DNA from: a virus
DNA: 64,000 nt
Direction: 5' to 3' (one strand)
Virus record (IMG/VR): IMGVR_UViG_3300028569_000019
Coordinates: 1-64,000 of that record
The position numbers and the translations under genes were made by a program. Of this stretch, positions 32,443 through 43,600 are shown one piece after another. The notes under the pieces were generated by a model that was given only the letters and a program-made list of their open reading frames with translations, was not told the DNA's origin and ran no database searches. Within the stretch, counting starts at the first letter, position 1. Every line of letters begins with the position of its first letter.

Positions 32443-34120
32443 TATGGTAAGCACGGACATATCTAAATCAAATAAATCTCCTCAACTAAATGATCAACAA
32501 ATAAAAGATTTGGTTGATGTTCGTTCACCCATACAACTTGCTGTAGTAGTCGATGTAATTTTTGATGAAACTCATATAAAATTACAAGATGCTTATAAAC
32601 AAAAAATAAATCCACAAACCGTTCCGCTTAATTATAAAAATGAAGCCGCAAATGAAAATGATGTGGATTTTTCTTATATAGGCCGAGCTAAAGTAAGAAT
32701 ATTATCTCAAGAAAAAAAGTCATCGGTCGAAAAATTACCTTGGGCTATACCACTTGAACAAACTATCACACAATATCCATTGGTCAATGAATTGGTATTG
32801 GTACAAAAGGTTGGAAACAATTATTACTATAGCAAACCATTAAACAAATTCAATTTCCCCAATAATATCGATTATACAGTTGAAACCGTATATAGCGAAA
32901 ATGGAAAGCCAGCTGTACCTTTTTATTTTGATGGTACTAGAGCAACTTATACATCTGCTCCAATTTATTCAAAGTACAATAATATAGGATACGTAGGACA
33001 ATATTTCATTTCAAATCCATTTATAAGATTGGTTAAGAAAAATGAAGGTGACACTGTAATAGAAAGTAGATTTGGTCAATCAATTCGATTTAGTGCATAT
33101 GATGATAACAGACAAAATGATAAAGGTGTATATCCATCTTACGATTTAAATGGCAATTTATTGAAAGACTCAAGCGGCGGTGGATATGGTAATCCTAAAG
33201 TTACTATTAGAAATAGACAACGAAATATTGCTTTGGATGAACCGCAACAATTACACCCTAAGTTACCACCTATTCCTAAAATTACACCTATTGAAAAGAA
33301 TTTCGGTGGTCAAATACAAGAAGATATTAATAACGATGGATCCACTATTCAGTTAACAAGTGGCAGAACATCGAGCGATTGGAAAACTACAGTTTATAAA
33401 AGTACATTTGGCAAAACATCAAATGGAGAGCCAACTGAAGAACAAGTAAGATTCAATCCAAAAAATTCCACTCCATTTGTATTTCCAACTTTAAACGGCG
33501 ATCAAATCGTAATAAATACTGATAGATTGGTGCTGAGTAGTAGATTTGCAGAAACACTACATTTTAGTAAAAAACGTTATGCCGTAACTACTGATAGCGA
33601 ATACACAGTAGACGCTAATGATAATGTAGTTATAACTACAAATAACACTGCTACTATAAATGCTCCACAAATATTTTTGGGTCAATATGGTGAAACTAAT
33701 GAACCAGCATTATTGGGTCAAACAACTGTAGATTGGATGTATGATCTTTGTAATTGGTTATTGGATCACGTTCACTGGCATCATCACGTACACCCACATC
33801 CTCATACACATCCTAGATCAGGTGCTGCCACTCCAGAAAATACAAAGGATGCTAATCCGGATCAAACGCAAATACCAGTACAACAAATTAAACTACAATT
33901 ATTAAGAGATAATTTACACAAGACACTAAGTAGACGAGTATTCGTTACTGGAGGCGGTTATGCGCCTGGCAGTAACGGAGTTAAACCAACTGGAAGTGGC
34001 GGAGAGTGTAAAGATCCAGTAGTAATTAATACAGTTACAGGAGCTGGAGTTGTCGGTGATTTCAAAGGTAGAAATCGTCGTGAAGGTCCAGTACAAGTTG
34101 AATTTGAATTTGAGAATTAA
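32435..34120 (+). CDS. Baseplate hub/central spike protein (gp5/gpV-like)
   Basis: N-terminal OB-like GRAKVRI..PL..YPLVNELV, EGDTVIESRFGQSIRF, beta-helix region, His-rich tip motif. Confidence 0.72.
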   Translation: MNNMVSTDISKSNKSPQLNDQQIKDLVDVRSPIQLAVVVDVIFDETHIKLQDAYKQKINPQTVPLNYKNEAANENDVDFSYIGRAKVRILSQEKKSSVEKLPWAIPLEQTITQYPLVNELVLVQKVGNNYYYSKPLNKFNFPNNIDYTVETVYSENGKPAVPFYFDGTRATYTSAPIYSKYNNIGYVGQYFISNPFIRLVKKNEGDTVIESRFGQSIRFSAYDDNRQNDKGVYPSYDLNGNLLKDSSGGGYGNPKVTIRNRQRNIALDEPQQLHPKLPPIPKITPIEKNFGGQIQEDINNDGSTIQLTSGRTSSDWKTTVYKSTFGKTSNGEPTEEQVRFNPKNSTPFVFPTLNGDQIVINTDRLVLSSRFAETLHFSKKRYAVTTDSEYTVDANDNVVITTNNTATINAPQIFLGQYGETNEPALLGQTTVDWMYDLCNWLLDHVHWHHHVHPHPHTHPRSGAATPENTKDANPDQTQIPVQQIKLQLLRDNLHKTLSRRVFVTGGGYAPGSNGVKPTGSGGECKDPVVINTVTGAGVVGDFKGRNRREGPVQVEFEFEN

Positions 34121-34122
34121 TT

Positions 34123-35631
34123 ATGAGTGATTATTATATAGCTTATGAAGAAACTGTACCTTGGAATGGTAGCGTTTTTAATGCTAACGAATATAGAAGA
34201 GCTATAAACTCATTCTATTCAAAAGTTGATCTTGTACAACCAAATGTAATAGTGGAGGATGGTGCTCCAACCCCAAATATTTCTGTAAAAAATTTGTCTC
34301 CAGATGCGAATTTTCCCAACGAATTGAATTTTAGTTTAAGTGGAAAATTTTCAACATCAAAACGTGATCAATTAACGGGAAATTACTTAGCAAATGTTAC
34401 TTTAAGTGGAGACGTTAAGGTTCCAAGACAAACATCTAGTGGAAAAACACTGAAAGCTATTATAGCATCTTCTTTTAAAACTACGACTGCTTTTGGAAAG
34501 ACTCCAGGTGAAGCTTTCAATAATGCTTTTAAAGAACTAAGAGAATCTTTGTTACAAACTTTAGCTGATCAAGTTGGTGGTTCTGGTAAGGGAATTAAAG
34601 TGGAACGACAAGATCCATTTACCGATCCAGATCCTGCTTTAGTAGGACCACCTACACAAACGATATCAGGAGTTACAAATAAAGCTCCTGTGGTAGACAA
34701 TCCTAACATAAAACTTCCAACACAAGAAGTAAAGGGGTTAGATGCAAATGCAGCACAACAAGCAGCCTCAAAAGCCCAGGACGCAGCGAGTAGTGCTACA
34801 TCTCAAGTTAAAAGTGCAGCTGGAGGATTAACATCACAGGTTCAAGGAGCTGCTGGACAGGCACAAGGTGCATTACAAGGAGCTGCTGGACAAGCACAAG
34901 GTGCAATTGGTGGTGCTCAAGAATCCGCAGGTGGAATACTTAGTAATCTTTCATCTGGGGTTAAAGGTGCAATTGGCGGAGGTGCTTTAGGGGCTGGTAT
35001 TGGAGCATTGGCAGGTGGAGGAAAAGGCGCATTGATTGGTGCTGGTGCTGGATTGGTAGCAGGTGGTGTAGCCGGTAAAGTATTTGATAAACTCAATCCA
35101 AAAGGTATAACACCAGATGGTTTGGGTAAGGATTGGTCGCCTGATAAGTTTAGTCCTGAATCTATAGCTGGAAATGATACAATTGTTAATGCAAAAACTG
35201 GAACAATTAGTTCAACCTCTAAATTAGCAGCTGGATTAAAAGGTGGAGTATTAGGTGGCGCTCTAGGTGCTGGAGTAGGCGCATTGGCTGGGGGAGGAAA
35301 AGGAGCTTTAATAGGTGGTTTAAGCGGTACTGCACTCGGCGCTGGTTTATCTGTTGGCGGAGTAACAGGCGGAGCCTTGGCTGGAGGTGGGTTGGGTGCT
35401 GGTATAGGCGGAATAGTTGGGGGTGGAAAAGGAGCTGTAATTGGTGCTGTTTCTGGAGGTGCAATTGGTGCAGCTGCGGCTAAATTAGCCAGTATACAGA
35501 AGGATATGCCTAAACCAAATATACCCAAACCACCTAGTACACCTCGTATTAAGACAGTAAAGATACCAAGACCATCTGATACAAAAGGAGCACAAGCATT
35601 ATTAAATTTACCTAAATCTCGTTTGGGTTAA
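34123..35631 (+). CDS. Gly-zipper-rich virion protein
   Basis: Repeated GGALGAGIGALAGGGKGALIG units; located in the baseplate cluster. Confidence 0.65.
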   Translation: MSDYYIAYEETVPWNGSVFNANEYRRAINSFYSKVDLVQPNVIVEDGAPTPNISVKNLSPDANFPNELNFSLSGKFSTSKRDQLTGNYLANVTLSGDVKVPRQTSSGKTLKAIIASSFKTTTAFGKTPGEAFNNAFKELRESLLQTLADQVGGSGKGIKVERQDPFTDPDPALVGPPTQTISGVTNKAPVVDNPNIKLPTQEVKGLDANAAQQAASKAQDAASSATSQVKSAAGGLTSQVQGAAGQAQGALQGAAGQAQGAIGGAQESAGGILSNLSSGVKGAIGGGALGAGIGALAGGGKGALIGAGAGLVAGGVAGKVFDKLNPKGITPDGLGKDWSPDKFSPESIAGNDTIVNAKTGTISSTSKLAAGLKGGVLGGALGAGVGALAGGGKGALIGGLSGTALGAGLSVGGVTGGALAGGGLGAGIGGIVGGGKGAVIGAVSGGAIGAAAAKLASIQKDMPKPNIPKPPSTPRIKTVKIPRPSDTKGAQALLNLPKSRLG

Positions 35632-35648
35632 TAATTATATATAATAAT

Positions 35649-36116
35649 ATGAAAATAGACGTATTAAAAGAATTTATCAAGAAAACAGTACAACAAGAGG
35701 TACGAAGTGTAGTACAAGCTGAACTTAAGCTTCAATTGGCAGAAATATTTTCTAAAGAAGTTCTTCAAGCCAAGAAAAAATCATCTGATTCTGATTTGGA
35801 ACAACAGATTCTAAAAGAATTGGAAACTATGAATGAATCTGTTGTTGAAGAGCCAATTAAACCCGTAAAGAAGTTTGTCAAATATACAAGTAACCCAATG
35901 TTAAATGATATTTTGAATCAAACTACCGGTGGAATACCACAAGAGGGCGGTATGGTTAATATGATGGGTGGATTTGGTGGTGCAACTCAAACTACAATAA
36001 ATGAGACCAAAGTTCCAGAAAATGCTCCTGCACCGGTAAAATCTGTGTATTCAGCAATGAATAGAGATTATAGATCTTTAATGAAAGCAGTAGATAGTAA
36101 AAAATCCAAAGTTTAA
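35649..36116 (+). CDS. Hypothetical virion-associated protein
   Basis: NPMLNDILNQT and RDYRSLMKA motifs. Confidence 0.65.
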   Translation: MKIDVLKEFIKKTVQQEVRSVVQAELKLQLAEIFSKEVLQAKKKSSDSDLEQQILKELETMNESVVEEPIKPVKKFVKYTSNPMLNDILNQTTGGIPQEGGMVNMMGGFGGATQTTINETKVPENAPAPVKSVYSAMNRDYRSLMKAVDSKKSKV

Positions 36117-36118
36117 TT

Positions 36119-36520
36119 ATGGCTAAAAAAGCACTAGGACTTAAAATACCGTTTAGATTGGGTCAAGATGGTTATTTTGAAACAAATGTTGATACTATTT
36201 CACAAGTTTCTAGTAATATAAAGAATCTTTTATTAACTAAACCAGGAGAACGCAGATTTAATAATGCGTTTGGTTCTTCATTATATAAAGTTTTGTTTGA
36301 TCAAAATGAATTGGGTGAAATGTTACCTATGTTAGTAAATCTCATTCAAAATGATGTAAATAGATTTATGAACGGTGTAATAGTTGAAGATGTTAAAGTT
36401 CAATTATTGGAAAATGATGTTGTAAATAATGATTATAATAAAATATTTATAAAAGTAGCCTTTAGTTACAAAGAATTAAAGTCAACCACTGAAGTGATTA
36501 TCACAAACAACAATATATAA
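36119..36520 (+). CDS. Baseplate wedge subunit, gp25/GPW-like
   Basis: NIKNLLLTKPGERRFNNAFGSSL..LFD. Confidence 0.9.
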   Translation: MAKKALGLKIPFRLGQDGYFETNVDTISQVSSNIKNLLLTKPGERRFNNAFGSSLYKVLFDQNELGEMLPMLVNLIQNDVNRFMNGVIVEDVKVQLLENDVVNNDYNKIFIKVAFSYKELKSTTEVIITNNNI

Positions 36521-38505
36521 TGCAACAATTAATTAACAAAACATTTAAAGCTAATACAAAAGACGTTTTGTATTTAAATCGTGATTTCACTTCTTTAAAA
36601 CAACAACTCATTGATTTTACCAAGCAGTATTATCCACAAAGTTATAAAGATTTTAGTGAAAGTTCACCAGGCCAAATCTTTATTGAACAAGCTTCTTTCG
36701 TTGGGGATGTATTATCATACTATACTGATTATCAATTCAAAGAAAGTTTTATTCAATTTGCAGGTGAACGTAAAAATATTATAAACCAAGCTCAGTTTTT
36801 GGGATATAAGCCAAAGGTATCTTCAGTATCATCTACATATGTAGAGTTGTTTCAATTGTTGCCCGCAACTCGTACTTCGGGTGTTAATGGTGAATATATA
36901 CCAGATGAAAGATATTGTTTGATTTTAAAACCATATACACAACTATCCAGTGTATCAGGTGTATCATTTATAGTTGAAGAAAGTGTAGATTTTAGTCAAG
37001 ATACCTTATTCTCCCCAAGACAAATAAGTGTTTATAATCGTGACAACACAGGTGCTCCTTTATTTTACTTGGTGAAGAAAACTGCACAATGTTACTCTGG
37101 TCGAATAACTTCAAAAACATTTAGTATTGGCGACCCACAAGCATTTTTAAAAATAAAGTTAGATGAAACCGATGTAGTTAAGATAATCAGTGTGGTAGAT
37201 TCTAATGGTAATAATTACTATGAAACTCAGTATCTAGCACAAGATACAATTCCACTATTAATCGATAATGTACCTCTTAATAATCAAACATTATCACCAT
37301 ATAGAAATGAAACTCCTAAGATTTTAAAGTATCTACGAACTGAACGCAGATTCATCACAACAGTAGATCAAAATAATTTCACTTATATTCAATTTGGTGC
37401 AAATACGGAAAACTATGAAAACACTGTTATTATACCAAATCCAACTAATGTTGGCGTTGCATTATCCAATCTAAAGAATTTAAATATATCTTTGGATGGT
37501 ACAAACGTATTGAAAGCCAATTCATACGGTGTATCTCCATCAAATACAACATTGACCGTTAATTATGTTGTTGGCGGTGGTTTGGATTCAAATGTAAATT
37601 CTGAAGAAATAAATAAGATTGCTAGTACCGATTATTTAAATGACGTAACCAGTTTAACTGACAGTGAAGTTATTTTATTAAACAACATTAAAAATTCACT
37701 AAGAGTAAACAATCCACTTTCATCAACTGGTGGTAATGATGCAGAAACAGATGAAGAAATTCGTCAAAATGCTATATTAAACTTTTCTGCTCAAAACAGA
37801 ATGGTTACTTCCGAAGATATTCTACTAAGAGTATACTCATTACCAACTTACTTGGGTAACATTTCAAAGGCATATGTTGAAAGTAATTCTAATAGACGCA
37901 TTCAATACAACCAATTAATACAAGGTGTAGTAACTGAAGGTGGCAATGAAGCTTTGGATCTAAATCCATTAAATCCATTGGATAGAAGAAAGTTTTTGGA
38001 AGCAAGTAATCCATTTACTAACAATCTTTATTTGTTGGGATACGATGTCAATAAAAATTTAACAAAGTTGAATCCTGCCACATTACAAAATTTAATAAGT
38101 TATCTTAATAACTTCAAGATACTCACAGATAAGATCAATATTATTGACGGTTATATTATCAATTTAGGGTTGGACTTTAAAATTACAGTATTTACCGGCT
38201 TCAATAAACGAGACGTATTAAATAACTGTATTCAGTCTGTAAAAAACTATTTGAATATTGATAATATGAGTTTTAACCAACCAATAAATCTCAGTCAGCT
38301 CAATTTCGAAATAATGAAAAACGAAGGAGTTCAATCTGTAATTGAGTTGAAGATTAAGAATTTGACAATTGATGATGGGGATTATTCACCTATAGCATAT
38401 AACGTAAGTATTGCTACACAAAATAATATTCTCTATCCATCAAAAGACCCATCAGTATTTGAAATTAAATATCCTGATAACGATATAAAAGGATTGGTAG
38501 TATAA
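36520..38505 (+). CDS. Baseplate wedge protein, T4 gp6/baseplate-J-like
   Basis: RDFTSLK, DFSESSPG, GDVLSYY, GGNDAET.EEIR, QNRMVT.ED. Confidence 0.9.
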   Translation: MQQLINKTFKANTKDVLYLNRDFTSLKQQLIDFTKQYYPQSYKDFSESSPGQIFIEQASFVGDVLSYYTDYQFKESFIQFAGERKNIINQAQFLGYKPKVSSVSSTYVELFQLLPATRTSGVNGEYIPDERYCLILKPYTQLSSVSGVSFIVEESVDFSQDTLFSPRQISVYNRDNTGAPLFYLVKKTAQCYSGRITSKTFSIGDPQAFLKIKLDETDVVKIISVVDSNGNNYYETQYLAQDTIPLLIDNVPLNNQTLSPYRNETPKILKYLRTERRFITTVDQNNFTYIQFGANTENYENTVIIPNPTNVGVALSNLKNLNISLDGTNVLKANSYGVSPSNTTLTVNYVVGGGLDSNVNSEEINKIASTDYLNDVTSLTDSEVILLNNIKNSLRVNNPLSSTGGNDAETDEEIRQNAILNFSAQNRMVTSEDILLRVYSLPTYLGNISKAYVESNSNRRIQYNQLIQGVVTEGGNEALDLNPLNPLDRRKFLEASNPFTNNLYLLGYDVNKNLTKLNPATLQNLISYLNNFKILTDKINIIDGYIINLGLDFKITVFTGFNKRDVLNNCIQSVKNYLNIDNMSFNQPINLSQLNFEIMKNEGVQSVIELKIKNLTIDDGDYSPIAYNVSIATQNNILYPSKDPSVFEIKYPDNDIKGLVV

Positions 38506-38506
38506 T

Positions 38507-40174
38507 ATGCATATTTTCATTTATCCATCTCAAGACACTTATATTAACAATTCCGACAAATTCCAAAACAAAAATTTTGGAATAGACGAAATATTAGAAA
38601 TATATGCGTCAAACGCAGGCAAAAAAACTGTTTACACAGATCCAAATTGGCACACTCCGCCTCTTACCGCCTCTTCATACGGTAATAATGGATGGTTGGC
38701 ATACACCACTTCTTCATTGTTCATTTATTCTGGCAGTAAGTGGTATGCTTTTAATCTCACATCTTCTGTAATACCAAATACATCATTTATTGCTAATTTT
38801 ACAGGTAGATTGTCTAACGTAAACACCAGTCCGAGAAAACCTCTATATATTTCTGGGTCAGCAACATTTGCGTCTGGTTCATTTGTTGGAAGCATTACTG
38901 GATCTAACTGTGTAAGCAGATCTTTTAGTGGTAGTTTTTCGAGTTCAAGTTTTAGATCGATTATTAACACAAATACGTCTAGTGTATCTTACTACGTAGA
39001 TGTCAGAAATTTTGCCGGTTACTTTAAAGGTAGATATAGTGGATCTTTTCAAGCTCCTTCGACAGCCACATACTTAAACTATCCAGAGTTTAGTAGAACA
39101 TTAATTAAGTTTGATTTAACCACATTGAGTCAGTCTATTTCCAAGAACGAAATTAGTAGTTCAAAATTAAAATTTACACTCAATTTAAAAGCATGTGGTA
39201 TGAGAAATCTTCCTCTCAATTATTCCATATATGCTTATCCAATAAGTCAAAGTTGGGAAAATGGAAATGGTAGATATGCAGATGATGGTTCTCAACTAGG
39301 AGCTACTTGGAACAATAGAAGTTATTCGGGTAGTAATTTGTGGTATGGTAATAAAATCACAAATAGTTATCAACAAGTAAATTATTTATTAACAGCTTCA
39401 TATTCAAGCGCTAGTTTTCAAAATCAAGGTGGTACTTGGTATTATAAAGTTCCAGCTTCTTATACAAACAAGCCAAAATGGATTTGCAACTCCACTCCGT
39501 TTCCATCATTAGTCAACAGCGGATTGATTTGCAGTCAGTCATTTACTTATGGTAAACAAAGTGACATATCAATGGACATCACGCAAATTGTCCGTTCTTG
39601 GTTATGTGGATGCATTCCAAATCAAGGACTTATGTTATTGAGTTCATTTGAAATAAGTACACCTCCTCTTCAACCAACCAATGGATTGTTACAGTTTTTT
39701 AGTAAAGATACCAATACCATTTATAGTCCATATATTGATGTAGGGTGGAATGACACTGTATTTAGTACAGGTAGTTTAAAGCCTGTGTCATCTTCTATAC
39801 AAAATCTAATTACTTTACAGTCATTAAATAGTGCATATAAAGCTGGCAGTGTTGCTAAAATATTTGTTTTTGCGAGAGACAAATATCCTCTAAAGACATT
39901 TAATAAAGCATATCAACAACCAGCAATGGTCACTCCTAAGTATTTGCCAACTTCTTCTTATTATATGGTAAAAGATGCTGAGTCTGAGGAGGTCTTGGTT
40001 AACTTCGACGAATATACTAAGTTAAGTTGTGATGCTTTGTATGGTAATTATTTTAAATTAAATACTAATGGATTGCCTCAAGAACGTTATTTGACAGTAT
40101 TTATTAAGGTAGAGTACAAGGATGGTACAATTGACATCGTTGATACTGGAAAAATATTTAAAATAACTCGTTAG
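38507..40174 (+). CDS. Virion protein with DNRLRE-like domain
   Basis: IYPSQDTYI...NFG.DEIL and SRTLIKFDL motifs. Confidence 0.6.
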   Translation: MHIFIYPSQDTYINNSDKFQNKNFGIDEILEIYASNAGKKTVYTDPNWHTPPLTASSYGNNGWLAYTTSSLFIYSGSKWYAFNLTSSVIPNTSFIANFTGRLSNVNTSPRKPLYISGSATFASGSFVGSITGSNCVSRSFSGSFSSSSFRSIINTNTSSVSYYVDVRNFAGYFKGRYSGSFQAPSTATYLNYPEFSRTLIKFDLTTLSQSISKNEISSSKLKFTLNLKACGMRNLPLNYSIYAYPISQSWENGNGRYADDGSQLGATWNNRSYSGSNLWYGNKITNSYQQVNYLLTASYSSASFQNQGGTWYYKVPASYTNKPKWICNSTPFPSLVNSGLICSQSFTYGKQSDISMDITQIVRSWLCGCIPNQGLMLLSSFEISTPPLQPTNGLLQFFSKDTNTIYSPYIDVGWNDTVFSTGSLKPVSSSIQNLITLQSLNSAYKAGSVAKIFVFARDKYPLKTFNKAYQQPAMVTPKYLPTSSYYMVKDAESEEVLVNFDEYTKLSCDALYGNYFKLNTNGLPQERYLTVFIKVEYKDGTIDIVDTGKIFKITR

Positions 40175-40175
40175 T

Positions 40176-40652
40176 ATGGCAAATATACCATTAGTATATA
40201 ACGTATCATTAAGTGATATACAAACATTTAAAGACTTTGGTACATTTCAAAATAACTTTGATGATTTTGGAAATGACCAATTGGTTTACAATATATCACA
40301 ATCGTTTGATGGCAAATTCAATTATATTAAATTGCCAATTAAAAGTTTTTTATATAACCAAAACAAAATTGCCGATACATCTACTGTAGAATTCACCGAA
40401 TTACAAACGTCTGCGGTTGAAGAAAAAAGAAATTTGACAGATGTTATAATTCAGTATAATAATTTGATTGAGGAAAATAGAATCTTAAATCAAACAGTAA
40501 ATAGCTTGGTAGAGAAATATGAAAACAACGATGACAAACAAGTTATCGCCGCTATGAAAAACGAAATTATTGGTTTGCGAATCAAACTAGGTCAAGGAAA
40601 AGTTCCTTCGGATTTTGGTGACGACTATCCATTTTTACCATTAACTTCTTAA
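40176..40652 (+). CDS. Hypothetical structural-region protein
   Basis: 158-aa ORF in a tightly packed operon. Confidence 0.65.
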   Translation: MANIPLVYNVSLSDIQTFKDFGTFQNNFDDFGNDQLVYNISQSFDGKFNYIKLPIKSFLYNQNKIADTSTVEFTELQTSAVEEKRNLTDVIIQYNNLIEENRILNQTVNSLVEKYENNDDKQVIAAMKNEIIGLRIKLGQGKVPSDFGDDYPFLPLTS

Positions 40653-40653
40653 T

Positions 40654-43600
40654 ATGCCTTACGACTATTTGACAATAAACGATAATGATTTAAATAAGGG
40701 CATTACAAGTGCGTCTTATTTGAATGCTAATTTACAGTCTTTGTACGAACAAAAATTGGTCAATGAGGATATATTTTATGGAGAATCCGATGATGACTTG
40801 TTTGAGTTTACTCTTTATAATAACAATCAACAACTAGTAAGTTTTAACAGAGTAGTTCCTTCAGTTACGTATTCTGTATTACAAGGAAGCTATAGAGATA
40901 TTAATAACGTATTGCGATCATACAGATTTGCAAACCCATTTACAAATATTGTATCTTATAAGAATGATATTTTATTACATCCACAATTTGATTTAAATGC
41001 AAGTGGAGTGGGTCCTGGTTTATATTATTTGTTGTATAACCCAGTTAGAAATATAGCTGGTAATCCAACGAACAGATTAGTTATAAAAGAGATATCTCCT
41101 AGTAGAACTGAAATACGATTATCTTACGCATTTGACACAACTAAAAATGAATCATCTAGATTAGATGCTGTTAAGATAACATCTTTTGCGGATAAAAAAT
41201 ATTTGCTATTAAGAATCTATCAAGATTTAATCGCTATTATTAAAAATAATCCAATTGAACAAGACTTTTTATTAAATAAAGACAAGTATAATTATGCGGA
41301 TATTTGTTTAAAGTTGGGACTTAAAAGCGAAGCCGAATTGCAAGAGTTTATAACATCAACTTACGTTGGGTACAATACAGTTATAAAATTAAATAACGAT
41401 ACAGATAATGCAATTTTACAGACAAGTAAATTTTCAGGTGTACAAGAACAAATTAATAATTTTATTTACACATACAACAACGTAGAATTTACCAGTGAAG
41501 ACATATTGGAGTCTTTTAGAATAATCACACTAAAAGTATCTCAAGATAGAGTGTTGCAAAAAAGCTCTATAAATGACATTGATTTACAAAATATATTGGG
41601 GTTGTTTGAACAAACAATTTATACCGATTGGATATTGCCACAGGTAACTAATTTACTTGAAAATTATAAAACAAAATATTACGGTTATTACAAGAATGCT
41701 TTGAATTTCGACAATGGAAATTTGATAAAAATTCTGGATCATACAAACTATTTGAATCCAACGGATGATACTTTTAACATCCAAGTAAAATTAGATGCAC
41801 CGTTACCTTTGCAGTACAATGTAAAAACGACTTGTTGGATATCAAATATATCAATTGCGCCAATTTATTTCAAAGCTAACTTGTTTACATCAAAAATATC
41901 AAGAAAAGTATTTTTAAACGATATAAACTTTGATGTACAGGTAAATGCTGTAAACTCCTCTACTCAAAAATTCGATAGTAATGATGCGTTTACATTGGAT
42001 AAAGCAACGATAAGATTAAAAGAAAAGTATAATGATTTGTATATCGATTATACAGATTTTAACAATTTCATTAATTATTCATCCGCTGAATTACGTACTA
42101 AGATCGCTAAGAATAAGATTAAGGATTATAATCAACTTGAATCCGTTAAGAAATCAACGATCACATCTTCGTTGAATACAAACGCTTTAATTTCGTCTTC
42201 TTACAGTCAATTAGTAAATCAAAAAACAACACAACAAATCACATTACTGGATACATTCGATGAGTACGAATCCTATTTGTTTTTCAATTCATCGAGTATA
42301 GATGATAAAATTGATGAAGCTATTACATATGATTCGGATAACTATAATAGTTTAGTATATCAACTTCCTGAGTATGTAAAGGACGATTCCGATTCAGCTG
42401 ATTATATAAAATTCACAGCAATGGTTGGTCATTTCTTTGATAATATATTAGTCTTTATCAAGAAGTTTCCAAAAGCATATCCTATTTCTAACAATGATTC
42501 AAACTACTATCCAAAGAATTATATAGACGAATTGTTGAATAGTTTTAGTTGGAATATTGATATTGATAAATTTTCTCAGAGTGATTTGAATCAATTGTAT
42601 TTCAATAACCAAGAAATTGCAGGTTATAATTCTGCATCTTATTTTGATTATACAAAATCAATTTTAAATAGATTCGCAAATAATATTTCATCGGTATATA
42701 AATCCAAGGGTACGGTCAATTCATTCGAAATGATACGTACTATGTTTGGCATTCCAGCTGGAATAATATCAACCAGAGAATACGGAAGCGCTGATGCTTT
42801 TTCTAACCGTGATAATTACTTTGTATACGATGATATTATTTATATGACAGATTTCAAGGAAAATAATTTCTTGAATTTTGAACATACCAGTAGTGATTTT
42901 ATTTATACCACTAGTAGTTATTATGCGTCCGGCTCCAATATTAATACACTCACCAGTAGTGTTGAATACGCTTCACGATTTAACGGCATATCTACAATAG
43001 AATTTTCTTTAAGATTTAAGTCTACGGATTATAACTTTGGTGATAAAATACAATTGTTGTCAAAGTACAGAAATAAAAAATCCGATTGGAATTTATTTGT
43101 TAAAAAATCAAAACAGGTTGAGTCAGGTCAATTAATATTTGAAATTCACCCCTATGAATTAGGCAATACAACATCTAGTTTGGTGTTGAATGAAATGCCT
43201 TTGTTAAACGGTAACATTTTTACAGTGATGTTAAAACGTGAACCTATCGCTGGTGATTTTGATAAATTGAATATAAGTTCAAGTAAAATTATAAATCAAG
43301 TTACGCCGTTTATTATAGAAGACGACGGAGATTTCGTGGTTGAAGATGATAATGATTTTGTAACATTAGCGTCTCAAAAAACAACTTTAACTTCATCATA
43401 TTTCGTCAATTCAACAAAAGAATATATTCCATACGTTTATAGTCTATCTATTAATCAATACGATGGTAGTACTAAGAATTTTTCATCAACTAAACGTAAA
43501 ATTATAAGCCATACCGCTAATAGAAACTTTTCATCAGGCAGTTATTATATAGGTAATTATTCATCTTCAGTTTCATTTATAGGAAATTTGGATAAAATCA

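Noticed and set aside
34917-35528. Pro/Ala-rich minus-strand ORF, and similar antisense ORFs within long genes including those inside the sheath gene
   Set aside because: Mirror frames of Gly-rich or otherwise biased + strand codons.
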